DNA of 63,701 nt, counting the filler, from Thermoplasmatota archaeon (GTDB taxonomy: Archaea; Thermoplasmatota; E2; JACPAO01; JAHFTW01), in assembly GCA_041623215.1 (NCBI GenBank). It is 4 parts of 4 records of this genome, joined end to end, with 100 filler letters (N's around TTAATTAATTAA, not from the genome) between each part and the next. Parts side by side here need not be neighbours in the genome. Positions count along the whole stretch, not along the records: positions 54,820 to 63,701 come from JBFJXH010000068.1; 3 more parts are not named here. One strand, given 5' to 3'. Both the position numbers and the translations under genes were made by a program. This document shows, one piece after another, positions 55,435-63,701 of this stretch. The notes beneath the pieces were generated by a model. The model worked only from the letters and a program-made list of their open reading frames with translations, ran no database searches and was not told the DNA's origin. Position 1 is the first letter of the stretch. Each line of letters begins with the position of its first letter.

Positions 55435-57383
55435 GCCCAACATCCATTGACCTGATGAAGAACGCCGCAGTCCCCAAGCGCCTGGACCCTGATCCCCATG
55501 CCTGGGCCAAGCAAGTGCCCTTCAAGGACACCAGCCAAATCAAAACACCCGACCGCCTGATTGACCAAGTCATTGGCCAAGAACGGGCTGTACAAACGGC
55601 GCTGAAAGCCGCTGAGCAAAAGCGCAACTTGATGCTCATCGGCGACCCCGGAACGGGCAAATCCATGCTTGCCAAAGCCATGGCGGAAGTTCTTCCTAAG
55701 CAACGTGCACCGGATGTCATTGCGCACCATAACAACGCCAACGCCAACAATCCCAAGATCAAGACGGTCCCCGGCGGCGACGGCCGAAAGCTGGTGGAAA
55801 AATACGAGGCAGAAGCGAAGAAGAAGGGCCTCTTGTGGCGCCTCTTCGAATGGACGGTGGCGCTTTCGCTGATTGGCTTTGGCGTCTGGTTCAGCTTCCT
55901 CAAGGACCCTCCTGAAAGCCCGCTGACGTTCTTCTTCGTGCTACTCATCGCCATGATGTTCGTTTACTTCATGAGCCAGAAACGTCCCAAGTCGGACCTC
56001 ATTGTCCCAAGCCTCTTGGTCGAGAATGGTCCGGACGAAAAGACCGCCCCCTACTACGAGGGAACCGGCAGCCAAGCCGGCGCCCTCCTGGGCGACGTCC
56101 GGCACGACCCGTTCCAATCGGGTGGCCTCGAGACGCCGCCGCACTTGCGCGTCGAGGCCGGAGCCATCCACCGAGCGCACACGGGCGTGCTGTTCATTGA
56201 TGAAATCAACGTGCTGCGGCTGGCGAGCCAACAAGCACTGCTGACTGCCATGCAGGACCGCGAGTATGCCATTAGCGGCCAAAGCCAAACCAGCAGCGGC
56301 AGCAACGTCCGCACCGAACCAGTTCCCTGCGACTTCATCCTCGTGGCCGCCGGCAACCAAGATGCCCTCGAGGCCCCGGACGGTTTCGACAAAGGCATGC
56401 ACCCTGCCCTGCGCTCGCGTATTCGTGGCTACGGCTACGAAGTGTACGTGGACAGCCTCATGGACGACACGCACGAGAATCGCCTCAAGCTGCTGCAATT
56501 TGTTGCGCAGGAAGTGGTCCGCGACGGTCGGGTCCCCCACTTTACGCGCGAAGCTGCCGCCGAAATTATCCGTGAAGCGCAACGCCGCGCCGGCCGGTCC
56601 GGAAAGCTCACGCTACGCTTGCGTGAACTGGGCGGCCTCGTGCGCACCAGCGGCGACTTTGCCAACACAGACGGCAAGAACCTCGTCGCGCTGGAGCATG
56701 TGCTGGCGGCCAAGGATGCCGCAACCTCCATGGAGCAGCAAATGACCAATGCGGAGATTCACGCGCTGCAAATTGCCGGCACCGACTTCCAAAACGAAGG
56801 CGAAGCGATTGGCGCCGCCAATGCCGTTGCAGTCATTGGAACCGGGGACGTTGGCGAACCGGCGGGTATCATCGTGCCCATGGAAGCAGCCATCGCACCC
56901 ACGGATGGACACGGAACCGTTGTCGTTGACTCGGCGCTGGCGGCCTTTGACCACCACGGACTCAACAAAATCAACGGGCTGCTCAAAGCCCACAAGGGCG
57001 GAGCCACCCATGCCGAAGTGCACATTGACGGCACGGTCGTTCACGCCGAAGCAGACCTCGAAGGCATCAGCCTAGCCGGTGCCGTTGCCGCGGTCAGCGC
57101 CCTCGACGGCCTGCCGGTTCGCATGGACACGGTGTTTCTGGCCAGCGTCACGGTGGGGGGCGACCTGCGCGCGGTGCGCCACACCTTGCAACGGATTGAG
57201 GCGGCGGCGACGGTCGGCTTCAAGCAAGCCGTTGTGCCCACCTCCCTCAAGGAACGCATGGTCGTGGACAAGCACATCCTGGACAAGATCTCGGTCGTCT
57301 ATGTAGACCGCTTCCCGGAAGTCTTGGAATTGGCTTTGGCCAGCACGAAGGCGAAGGGCGTGCGGCGCCGCAAGGTTGCGTAG
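55431..57383 (+). CDS. lonB: Archaeal membrane-anchored LonB homologue, protease dyad apparently lost
   Basis: IDQVIGQE, GDPGTGKSML, two-TM insert, LLGDVRHDPFQSGGL, LFIDEIN, MHPALRSRIRGYGYE, LRLRELGGLVR; degenerate Lon_C domain. Confidence 0.9.
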   Translation: MSPTSIDLMKNAAVPKRLDPDPHAWAKQVPFKDTSQIKTPDRLIDQVIGQERAVQTALKAAEQKRNLMLIGDPGTGKSMLAKAMAEVLPKQRAPDVIAHHNNANANNPKIKTVPGGDGRKLVEKYEAEAKKKGLLWRLFEWTVALSLIGFGVWFSFLKDPPESPLTFFFVLLIAMMFVYFMSQKRPKSDLIVPSLLVENGPDEKTAPYYEGTGSQAGALLGDVRHDPFQSGGLETPPHLRVEAGAIHRAHTGVLFIDEINVLRLASQQALLTAMQDREYAISGQSQTSSGSNVRTEPVPCDFILVAAGNQDALEAPDGFDKGMHPALRSRIRGYGYEVYVDSLMDDTHENRLKLLQFVAQEVVRDGRVPHFTREAAAEIIREAQRRAGRSGKLTLRLRELGGLVRTSGDFANTDGKNLVALEHVLAAKDAATSMEQQMTNAEIHALQIAGTDFQNEGEAIGAANAVAVIGTGDVGEPAGIIVPMEAAIAPTDGHGTVVVDSALAAFDHHGLNKINGLLKAHKGGATHAEVHIDGTVVHAEADLEGISLAGAVAAVSALDGLPVRMDTVFLASVTVGGDLRAVRHTLQRIEAAATVGFKQAVVPTSLKERMVVDKHILDKISVVYVDRFPEVLELALASTKAKGVRRRKVA

Positions 57384-57459
57384 CCCGAAGCATCTCGTCA
57401 AGGAGGGATGGGGCAGGCGTTTGCGTCGGCTGGAGGCCCCCGTCCGCTCGGTGGCCATT

Positions 57460-58311
57460 ATGAACCCGCGCCGAGTGCCGGCAACCGTGCCCCAATCCTG
57501 GGCTGTTCTTCGCATCGAAGGCACCAACTCCGAGGACGAATCTGCGGCCTGCATCCGTGCGTTGGGCGGCCAAGCTGAAATCCTGCACTTGAAGCAATTG
57601 ACGGGTGGCCCAGGCGTCACCGCTGACGAACGCCGCAACCTATTGGACTACGATGGCTTGTGGGTGGCTGGCGGCTTCAGTGCCGGCGACTACGTGCGTG
57701 CCGGAGCGATTCTTGCCGCGCGGATGAAGAGCCAACTCGGCGGGCCGCTGCGGGAGTTCGTTGCCGATGGCCGGCCCATGTTGGGTATCTGCAACGGGTT
57801 CCAGATTCTCGTGGAGTTGGGGATCCTGCCCGACCTGGATGGCGTTCGCATGACCGATGCGCCCACCGCGGCGCTACACCTCAATGACTCGGGCCACTAC
57901 GAGTGCCGGCCCAGCTACCTTCGGCACGTGAATCAAGGCACATGCCACTTCACGCGCACCATCCCGCAAGGCGAAGTGCGCACCATCATCAGCAGCCATG
58001 CCGAGGGCAAATTCCTAATGGCGGACGAGGCGGCGTACCAACGCTTGCTGGACCAGGACCAAGTTGTGTTCACCTACACGGACCCGGACGGGTCCCAGGA
58101 CCCCGCCTACCCGTGGACCCCCAACGGCGCAGCTCATGCTATTGCGGGCATCTGTAATCCAGATGGCAACGTGCTTGGCATGATGCCCCACCCCGAGCGC
58201 GTCTTCTATCGCCGCCAACACCCCGATTGGACCCGCACGGGCCTAGACGCGGGACTTGGCATGGACGTGGGGGACGGCCGCGCAATCCTGGAGTCGGTTG
58301 TCCGAGCCTAG
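57460..58311 (+). CDS. purQ: Phosphoribosylformylglycinamidine synthase subunit PurQ
   Basis: EGTN, GGFSAGDYVRAG, GICNGFQ, HAEG, PNG, GMMPHPER; exact start uncertain. Confidence 0.95.
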   Translation: MNPRRVPATVPQSWAVLRIEGTNSEDESAACIRALGGQAEILHLKQLTGGPGVTADERRNLLDYDGLWVAGGFSAGDYVRAGAILAARMKSQLGGPLREFVADGRPMLGICNGFQILVELGILPDLDGVRMTDAPTAALHLNDSGHYECRPSYLRHVNQGTCHFTRTIPQGEVRTIISSHAEGKFLMADEAAYQRLLDQDQVVFTYTDPDGSQDPAYPWTPNGAAHAIAGICNPDGNVLGMMPHPERVFYRRQHPDWTRTGLDAGLGMDVGDGRAILESVVRA

Positions 58312-58438
58312 GGACTACGTCCGCTGCCGCGTCCTTCCCGGCGGCGGTTGGCCGCAGGCTGTGCTGAAACGCGCCCGGTCCTGCCCGAATCCACCCTGCA
58401 CTCAGTGACTCGTAAGCGCAGGCTTCCGATGTGGCCCT

Positions 58439-58747
58439 ATGGCAACCATCATTGCCCCCGTTCGCTACGCCGCGTGGCTGGCCGGCCAGTTGGGAGACGA
58501 CCTTCTGAAAGGCCTCAATGTTGGTCTGTCCAGCTTACCTTCGTGTTACGTCCAAAAGCTGCCACGCGGATTTCACGTGGCTGCCGACGAGGAGCCTGGA
58601 ATTCTGCTTGAAGCGGTCGCCAGCGCCATGGCGGACCTGGAATCGTGTACGCAAGAAAAATATCCCGTGTTCCACCACGAAATGGGCCCTGTTTGGACGG
58701 GAACCTTGCAAGCGGTCTTCAACCGCGATGCATCTACCCCAACGTGA
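58439..58747 (+). CDS. Hypothetical protein
   Basis: ATG-initiated ORF whose stop overlaps the next GTG start (GTGA). Confidence 0.55.
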   Translation: MATIIAPVRYAAWLAGQLGDDLLKGLNVGLSSLPSCYVQKLPRGFHVAADEEPGILLEAVASAMADLESCTQEKYPVFHHEMGPVWTGTLQAVFNRDASTPT

Positions 58748-59382
58748 ACCGGCTGACCGTGTACTTCGACTATGGCAGTCCGTACGCGTACCTGGCGTGG
58801 CAGCGCATTAGCAACCTAGTCCCGGAACGCTACGAGCAAACCGAGGTTGCCTGGGTGCCGGCTAGCGCGGGCCACATCTTCAAGGCGGATGGCTCTGCGC
58901 CCAATGCCACCATGCCGAACCAAGGAGCCTACCTCTACCAAGATGTAGCGCGCTGGGCGGACGCCTACGGTGTGCCCTTCTCGCCACCCGCCCGCAACAG
59001 CCGAGCGGCCATGCCGGTGAACAGCATCCAAGCGATGCGTCTGCACTTCCTTGCGGCCAATCGTGGCCAGGTGGCCGAGGCTGCTTGGATGGATGCGGTC
59101 TTCTATGCCTACTTCCGCGATGGCGTGGACATCAGCGACCGTGCGGTGTTGGCAAGGCTGGCTGCGAGCCATGGTTTGCCCAGCGAGCCCGAGGCGTGGG
59201 GTGCTCCCGACCTCAAGAAGCGGCTCATCGCATGCACGAACGCCGCCCTCGAAGCAGGCGCTCCGGGGGTGCCCTACATGGTTCTAGAGGTGCCTGGGGG
59301 GACCCGAGCAACCTACTGGGGCAACGACCGGTTGGCGTGGGTAGAGGCCGCCGTCGGCGGTGCGCCGCCACCGGCCTTGTAG
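58744..59382 (+). CDS. 2-hydroxychromene-2-carboxylate isomerase / kappa-GST-like DsbA-fold protein
   Basis: YFDYGSPYAY, DVARWA-x2-YGVPF, DISD, GAPGVP, YWGNDRL. Confidence 0.88.
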   Translation: MNRLTVYFDYGSPYAYLAWQRISNLVPERYEQTEVAWVPASAGHIFKADGSAPNATMPNQGAYLYQDVARWADAYGVPFSPPARNSRAAMPVNSIQAMRLHFLAANRGQVAEAAWMDAVFYAYFRDGVDISDRAVLARLAASHGLPSEPEAWGAPDLKKRLIACTNAALEAGAPGVPYMVLEVPGGTRATYWGNDRLAWVEAAVGGAPPPAL

Positions 59383-59395
59383 CTTGGCGGGGGTG

Positions 59396-59500
59396 TTACG
59401 GGGCGCCCAACTGGCTCAGTACGCCGATGAGCCCCATGGTCACGAACATCCCAATAATGAGGTACGCCATAATGCGGGCGTTCCGGGTGCGCTTGTCCAT
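59396..59500 (-). CDS. Small single-TM protein (34 aa, below ORF-track cutoff)
   Basis: Manual translation MDKRTRNARIMAYLIIGMFVTMGLIGVLSQLGAP; basic N-terminus then a TM helix; fills the intergenic space. Confidence 0.6.
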   Translation of the reverse strand: MDKRTRNARIMAYLIIGMFVTMGLIGVLSQLGAP

Positions 59501-59612
59501 GCCCGGTGGACGCCGGGCGGCATGATGGGGATTGTGGTGCACCGGCTACATTGACAAGTCCACGTGAAGGCAGCTATCAGGCTTGATATATCGGCCCTTT
59601 TTCGGGGGACTC

Positions 59613-60260
59613 ATGGCATTGGACTCCATCGCCAACGAGACGCTGTTCCGTTACTTCCACATCCTGTCCGGGATTACGTGGATTGGCTTACTGTACTTCT
59701 TCAACCTGGTGAATCTTCCTCTATTGAAGTTTGACATGAAGAAGCCCTTCACGGTCGATATGGCGGAGAAAGCTACGGCCAACATTACGCTGAAGACCCT
59801 GTGGTGGTTCCGCTATGGTGCCCTGTTTACCGTCATCTTTGGTCTCTTGCTGCTCGAAGCTAAGCGCCAGCAATATGGCTCCATGGGCGCCTACTTCTTT
59901 GACCAAGGCCCCGCCGGCCACCTCATCCTGATGGGCGTCACCTTCGGCCTCATCATGGCCTTCAACGTCTGGTTCATCATCTGGCCCAACCAACAAGTCA
60001 TTCTGGCGAACAACAAGAAGATCGCCGCTGGCGAAGACGGCGAGGGCAAGCTTGCCGAGGACAATGCTCCTCGGGTCAAGAAGGCCGTTATGGCGAGCCG
60101 GACCAACACTTGGCTCAGCATCCCCATGCTGTTTGGCATGGTGTTTGGAGCCCACGGCGCCGGCATCGGCATGGAGTGGGGCGCCTGGATTAGTCCTCTT
60201 GGCATCCTCGTTGCCGTGCTGTTGGTCATGATTGGCTACAGCACCAAGGCCAAGGAATAG
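59613..60260 (+). CDS. PuuD / Urate_ox_N-like membrane protein
   Basis: FRYFHILSGITWIGLLYFFN, LWWFRYGA, MAFNVWFIIWPNQ, ASRTNTWLSIPM; start reset to ATG 59613. Confidence 0.82.
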   Translation: MALDSIANETLFRYFHILSGITWIGLLYFFNLVNLPLLKFDMKKPFTVDMAEKATANITLKTLWWFRYGALFTVIFGLLLLEAKRQQYGSMGAYFFDQGPAGHLILMGVTFGLIMAFNVWFIIWPNQQVILANNKKIAAGEDGEGKLAEDNAPRVKKAVMASRTNTWLSIPMLFGMVFGAHGAGIGMEWGAWISPLGILVAVLLVMIGYSTKAKE

Positions 60261-60390
60261 GCGCTGGCCGGCGGACCACGCGTCCAAATCGAATGGACCG
60301 TGGCTTACCCAGCGAACCTTTGCTCCCTTTGACCCGCTTTTCCCACTCCTTTTGATTAGGGCCTCGGATGCTGATTTGAGGCCCCGCCCC

Positions 60391-61134
60391 TTACCTGGGC
60401 TCGTTGGTGTTGATGACGGTCCACCCGCGTCGCCTGGCCAACTTCCGCAGCCGCCCCCTTGGATTGACGCAGTAGCCGTGGCCGACCTCCGCTAGCATGT
60501 GGTAGTCGCTGTAGTGGTCCGTGTAAGCATGGCAATCGGCCAAATCCGTGCCGGCCGCCAGGCAGTAAGCCCGTACAATGTTCGCCTTGTCCGCGCCGTA
60601 CAGGGGCCCATCCACGCGGCCGGTCATGCGGCCGTCCTTGAGGTGCATGCGGCAGCCGATGGTTTCGATGCCCGGGGGAAAATGGCGCAGGCACCGTTGC
60701 ACGAGTTCCTCCAGACCGGTCGTGATGATGACGACGGGTCGACCGGCGGCCTGGTGGCGTTCAATTTCTGCCACCACAGCGGGGAATACGAGGTCTGGGA
60801 CGCGCAGGTCCACAAAGCGGTCCATCTCGCCTCGGAATACGTCGATGGGGACGCCGCGCAGGCCTCGGTACGCAAGGCGTGTCAAGGTGCTTCGACGCAG
60901 GAGGCCGACCCTGTACGCGCCCGTGGCCACCAGCATGCCGGTCATGAATCCGGCGTAGCGCACGTCGGTCACGCGATTACGAAACCATGCGGTCACGCCG
61001 TTGCGACTTACTTCCTCAATCCAATTTTGCTTGCGCTTGAACAAGTACATACCGAACGCCGGGCCCACGTCGGTGCTGATGAGTGTCTTGTCAAAATCGA
61101 AGAATGCGGCGCCCGCCGGCGATGCGGCGCTCAC
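60391..61134 (-). CDS. HAD-IB family hydrolase (SerB-like)
   Basis: AFFDFDKTL, IITTG, GADKA, AYTDHYSD, VNP. Confidence 0.9.
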   Translation of the reverse strand: MSAASPAGAAFFDFDKTLISTDVGPAFGMYLFKRKQNWIEEVSRNGVTAWFRNRVTDVRYAGFMTGMLVATGAYRVGLLRRSTLTRLAYRGLRGVPIDVFRGEMDRFVDLRVPDLVFPAVVAEIERHQAAGRPVVIITTGLEELVQRCLRHFPPGIETIGCRMHLKDGRMTGRVDGPLYGADKANIVRAYCLAAGTDLADCHAYTDHYSDYHMLAEVGHGYCVNPRGRLRKLARRRGWTVINTNEPR

Positions 61135-61976
61135 TGTGAGCCCGCCAGGTGTTCATCGAGCCATTCACGAATCCATAACTCGACTCGCTCATGGTCGCAG
61201 TCAAGGAATGCGGAGTGGCCACCGTCATGCACGCGCAGGGCCTTTGGCCCGGCCAGCGCTGCGTGAACGGCGCGGTGGTCCCGAAGTGGCACGGCCTTGT
61301 CGAGTTCGCTGCCAATCACGAGCACGGGTGCCGAGACATCGCCCGCCCACTTTGATACGTCCATGTCACGAAGGGTATCGTAGCAGCCCAGGTTCGCCTT
61401 ACCCGCCAGAAAGCCAATCTCTCGGCCCCGGCGCATCGCGTCCTGATCGGCGAAGAGGTTCGGATAGCTGTTCTTGTAGGGTATGGTCCGGCTGGCCTGG
61501 CCTCGTCGTCGCCGCCTGTTGTTCCAAGCGCCCAGCATGTGATAGAAAGGGCGTTCCAGTACGTGGAGGGTATCCAGGGGACGGTTGACTGGACTTACGA
61601 TGACGCCGGCTTGGAAGCGGTCGAGTCGAGCAAGAGCAGCAACCGCCCAAGCGCCTCCCATGGAATGGCCAATGACTGCTAACGGCGCTCCCTGGGGGAG
61701 GCGCTCGGCCAATGCATCGGCCCCGGTGGCAAGGTCACTGAGGCACCGGCCAAGCGTGAGCAGGCCCGTTTCGCCGTCGGACTCCCCGTGGCCCCGCAAG
61801 TCAATCGCCAAGCAGACGTGGCCAGCCACGGCCAAGCGGGCCGGGAGCCGTTCGAATTCCTTGCGGCACGAGTTGAAACCGTGTACGAAGAGGATGCCGC
61901 TGGTGGGCGGCGCGTCCGGCTCCCACAGGTCGCCGACGACGCGTTCACCGTCCACATCCAGCTCGATGCGGGGCAC
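61131..61976 (-). CDS. Alpha/beta hydrolase (lysophospholipase-like)
   Basis: FVHGF, DLRGHGES, GHSMGG, ELDKAV, GGHS; GTGA overlap with the HAD gene. Confidence 0.9.
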   Translation of the reverse strand: MPRIELDVDGERVVGDLWEPDAPPTSGILFVHGFNSCRKEFERLPARLAVAGHVCLAIDLRGHGESDGETGLLTLGRCLSDLATGADALAERLPQGAPLAVIGHSMGGAWAVAALARLDRFQAGVIVSPVNRPLDTLHVLERPFYHMLGAWNNRRRRRGQASRTIPYKNSYPNLFADQDAMRRGREIGFLAGKANLGCYDTLRDMDVSKWAGDVSAPVLVIGSELDKAVPLRDHRAVHAALAGPKALRVHDGGHSAFLDCDHERVELWIREWLDEHLAGSQ

Positions 61977-62046
61977 GAGGCGGCAGGGTAGCGCCGGCGG
62001 TTAAGCCGTCCGCCACGTTCTTCATGGCGTCTTGGGTCGGCGCGCC

Positions 62047-63701
62047 GTGGACCCCATCGAGGCCTTCCAGTTCGAAGCCAAGCAATGGCTCCAGGACGCT
62101 GCCGCCGCGCTGGGCTACGACGGAGACCTACCTGGCCTGGAGGATCCCCCGAGCCCGGAAATGGGCGATGCTGGCATGCCCTGCTTCCCGCTTGCCAAGG
62201 CCCTTCGCAAGGCCCCTGTCGCCATCGCATCTGAATTGGCCGGTGCCCTGGACGCCCCGCAAGGCGGGTGGATTCGCGACGTCCAAGCAGTGGGGCCGTA
62301 CGTGAATTTCTTTCTCGACAAGAATCGCCTCGCGAAACAGGTCCTTGATGACCCGGCTGGCAGCCTGAAGTCGCCGGTGCGGCCGGGCCTCGTACTCATT
62401 GAACACACCAGTGCCAATCCCAACGGCCCCCTGCATGTGGGGCGTGCCCGCAACCCCATCCTCGGGGATACCTTGGTGCGCCTACACCGCGCCGCCGGCT
62501 ATGACACACGTGCGCACTACTACATGGATAATCTTGGCCGGCAAGTGGCCCTGCTGGCCTGGGGCAAGAACAACCTAGATGCGGCCGACTTACCGCCGGT
62601 CGCTGACGGGCGCGAGGGGAAGCCGGACCACGACCTCGTGCGGTATTACCAAGCCGCCAACGAAAAGCGCGAGTCCGACTCGGCGGTGGCCGCGCAAGTG
62701 GCGGCCCTCGTTGCTGACTTGGAAGCCTGCAATCCTGAGGCCCTGGCGCTGGTTCGGCCGGTCTATGAAGCGTGCTTCACCGGGATGCAGCAAAGCCTCA
62801 GCCGGCTCGGGGTGGCCTTCGACCAGGTGGATGATGAGTCGGACCACGTGGAAGATGGAACCGTGGCCCGAGTCATCGAAGGCTTGCAAGCATCACCACG
62901 CCACGGAGTCACCGCCGACGGGGCTCATTACTTGGACCTCTCCGCCGAACTCAAAGGCAACAAGTCCACCAACTTCCACTTTACGCGCCGCGACGGCACA
63001 AGCGTCTACGCGACCCGAGACATAGCCTACCACCAATGGAAGAGTGACTTTGTGGGCGAAGGCGGCCACCTCATCGATGTGCTTGGGGAGGACCACCGCC
63101 TGCAATCGCTGCAAGTAGGCATCGCCCTCGATGAATTGGGTGCTCGACGCCCGCGTGTGGTCTTCTACGCCTTTGTGGGACTGCCCGATGGCAAGATGAG
63201 CACCCGCGCCAATCGCGTCGTGTTTCTGGATGACTTGCTCGATGAGGCTGTGCAGCGGGCGCGCGACGAGGTGGGTGCCCGCCGGGGCGACGACCTTCCG
63301 GATGCGGTGCGAGACGCCATTGCCGAGGCGGTTGGCATCGCAGCGATTCGGTTTAACATCGCCAAGGTCCAGCCTGAGAAGCCCATCCAATTCCGGTGGG
63401 AAGAGGCCCTTTCGTTTGACGGGGACTCGGCGCCGTATCTCATGTACGCGCATGCCCGAGCAGCTAGCTTGCTTCGCAATGCCGAGGCCGCTGGGCTTGA
63501 TGCCTCGGGCACGGCTTCGTTAACGGACGCCGAGCTTGCCAAGCTGGGAGAGCCGGAATACGACCTACTGGCCCTCGTGGCCCGTTTTTCACGGGAGGCC
63601 AAAGAGGCGTGCGACGAGGCCGCACCGCATCGGTTTTGCTCCTATGCGTTGGAATTGGCTAGTTCGTTTACTTCCTACTACCGGGACCGACCCGTGCTAG
63701 C
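62047..63701 (+). CDS. argS: Arginine--tRNA ligase, 3' end runs off the window (absent from the ORF track)
   Basis: Manual translation from GTG 62047: GPYVNF, EHTSANPNGPLHVGRARN (HIGH), RRDGTSVYATRDIAYH, GKMSTR (KMSKS), GDSAPYLMYAHARA. Confidence 0.95.
   Translation, partial: MDPIEAFQFEAKQWLQDAAAALGYDGDLPGLEDPPSPEMGDAGMPCFPLAKALRKAPVAIASELAGALDAPQGGWIRDVQAVGPYVNFFLDKNRLAKQVLDDPAGSLKSPVRPGLVLIEHTSANPNGPLHVGRARNPILGDTLVRLHRAAGYDTRAHYYMDNLGRQVALLAWGKNNLDAADLPPVADGREGKPDHDLVRYYQAANEKRESDSAVAAQVAALVADLEACNPEALALVRPVYEACFTGMQQSLSRLGVAFDQVDDESDHVEDGTVARVIEGLQASPRHGVTADGAHYLDLSAELKGNKSTNFHFTRRDGTSVYATRDIAYHQWKSDFVGEGGHLIDVLGEDHRLQSLQVGIALDELGARRPRVVFYAFVGLPDGKMSTRANRVVFLDDLLDEAVQRARDEVGARRGDDLPDAVRDAIAEAVGIAAIRFNIAKVQPEKPIQFRWEEALSFDGDSAPYLMYAHARAASLLRNAEAAGLDASGTASLTDAELAKLGEPEYDLLALVARFSREAKEACDEAAPHRFCSYALELASSFTSYYRDRPVL

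Overview
High-GC archaeal DNA, most likely Thermoplasmatota (inferred from rps19e/rpl31e/rpl39e/eIF6/LX/prefoldin/FtsY, membrane-type LonB, PINA, DacZ-type cyclase and a TIGR02049-like GshA). The window is not contiguous: three 100-nt N spacers carrying TTAATTAATTAA join four contig pieces (1-18427, 18528-36677, 36778-54719, 54820-63701). It holds about 65 CDS, five intron-less tRNAs (Lys-CTT, Leu-TAA, Asn-GTT, Ala-CGC, Gly-CCC), and no recognisable CRISPR, IS, integrase or prophage. The most unusual locus is a head-to-tail array of at least five paralogous secreted, acidic, Cys-patterned ~420-440 aa proteins of no family I recognise (36779-43838). Each copy is followed by a pyrimidine tract, copies 2-4 share a promoter/SD module, and copies 2 and 3 share gene-conversion-like identical patches. 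A 1187-aa surface protein that looks like two anchored proteins fused together follows the array. Other notable items: a LonB lacking its Ser-Lys dyad, a translationally coupled asnB-gshA pair, a diadenylate cyclase-RimK-AstE cluster, a histidine kinase with a decayed ATP-binding domain, and a bacterial-type acyl-CoA desaturase. All family calls are from motif recognition by eye; no searches were run.
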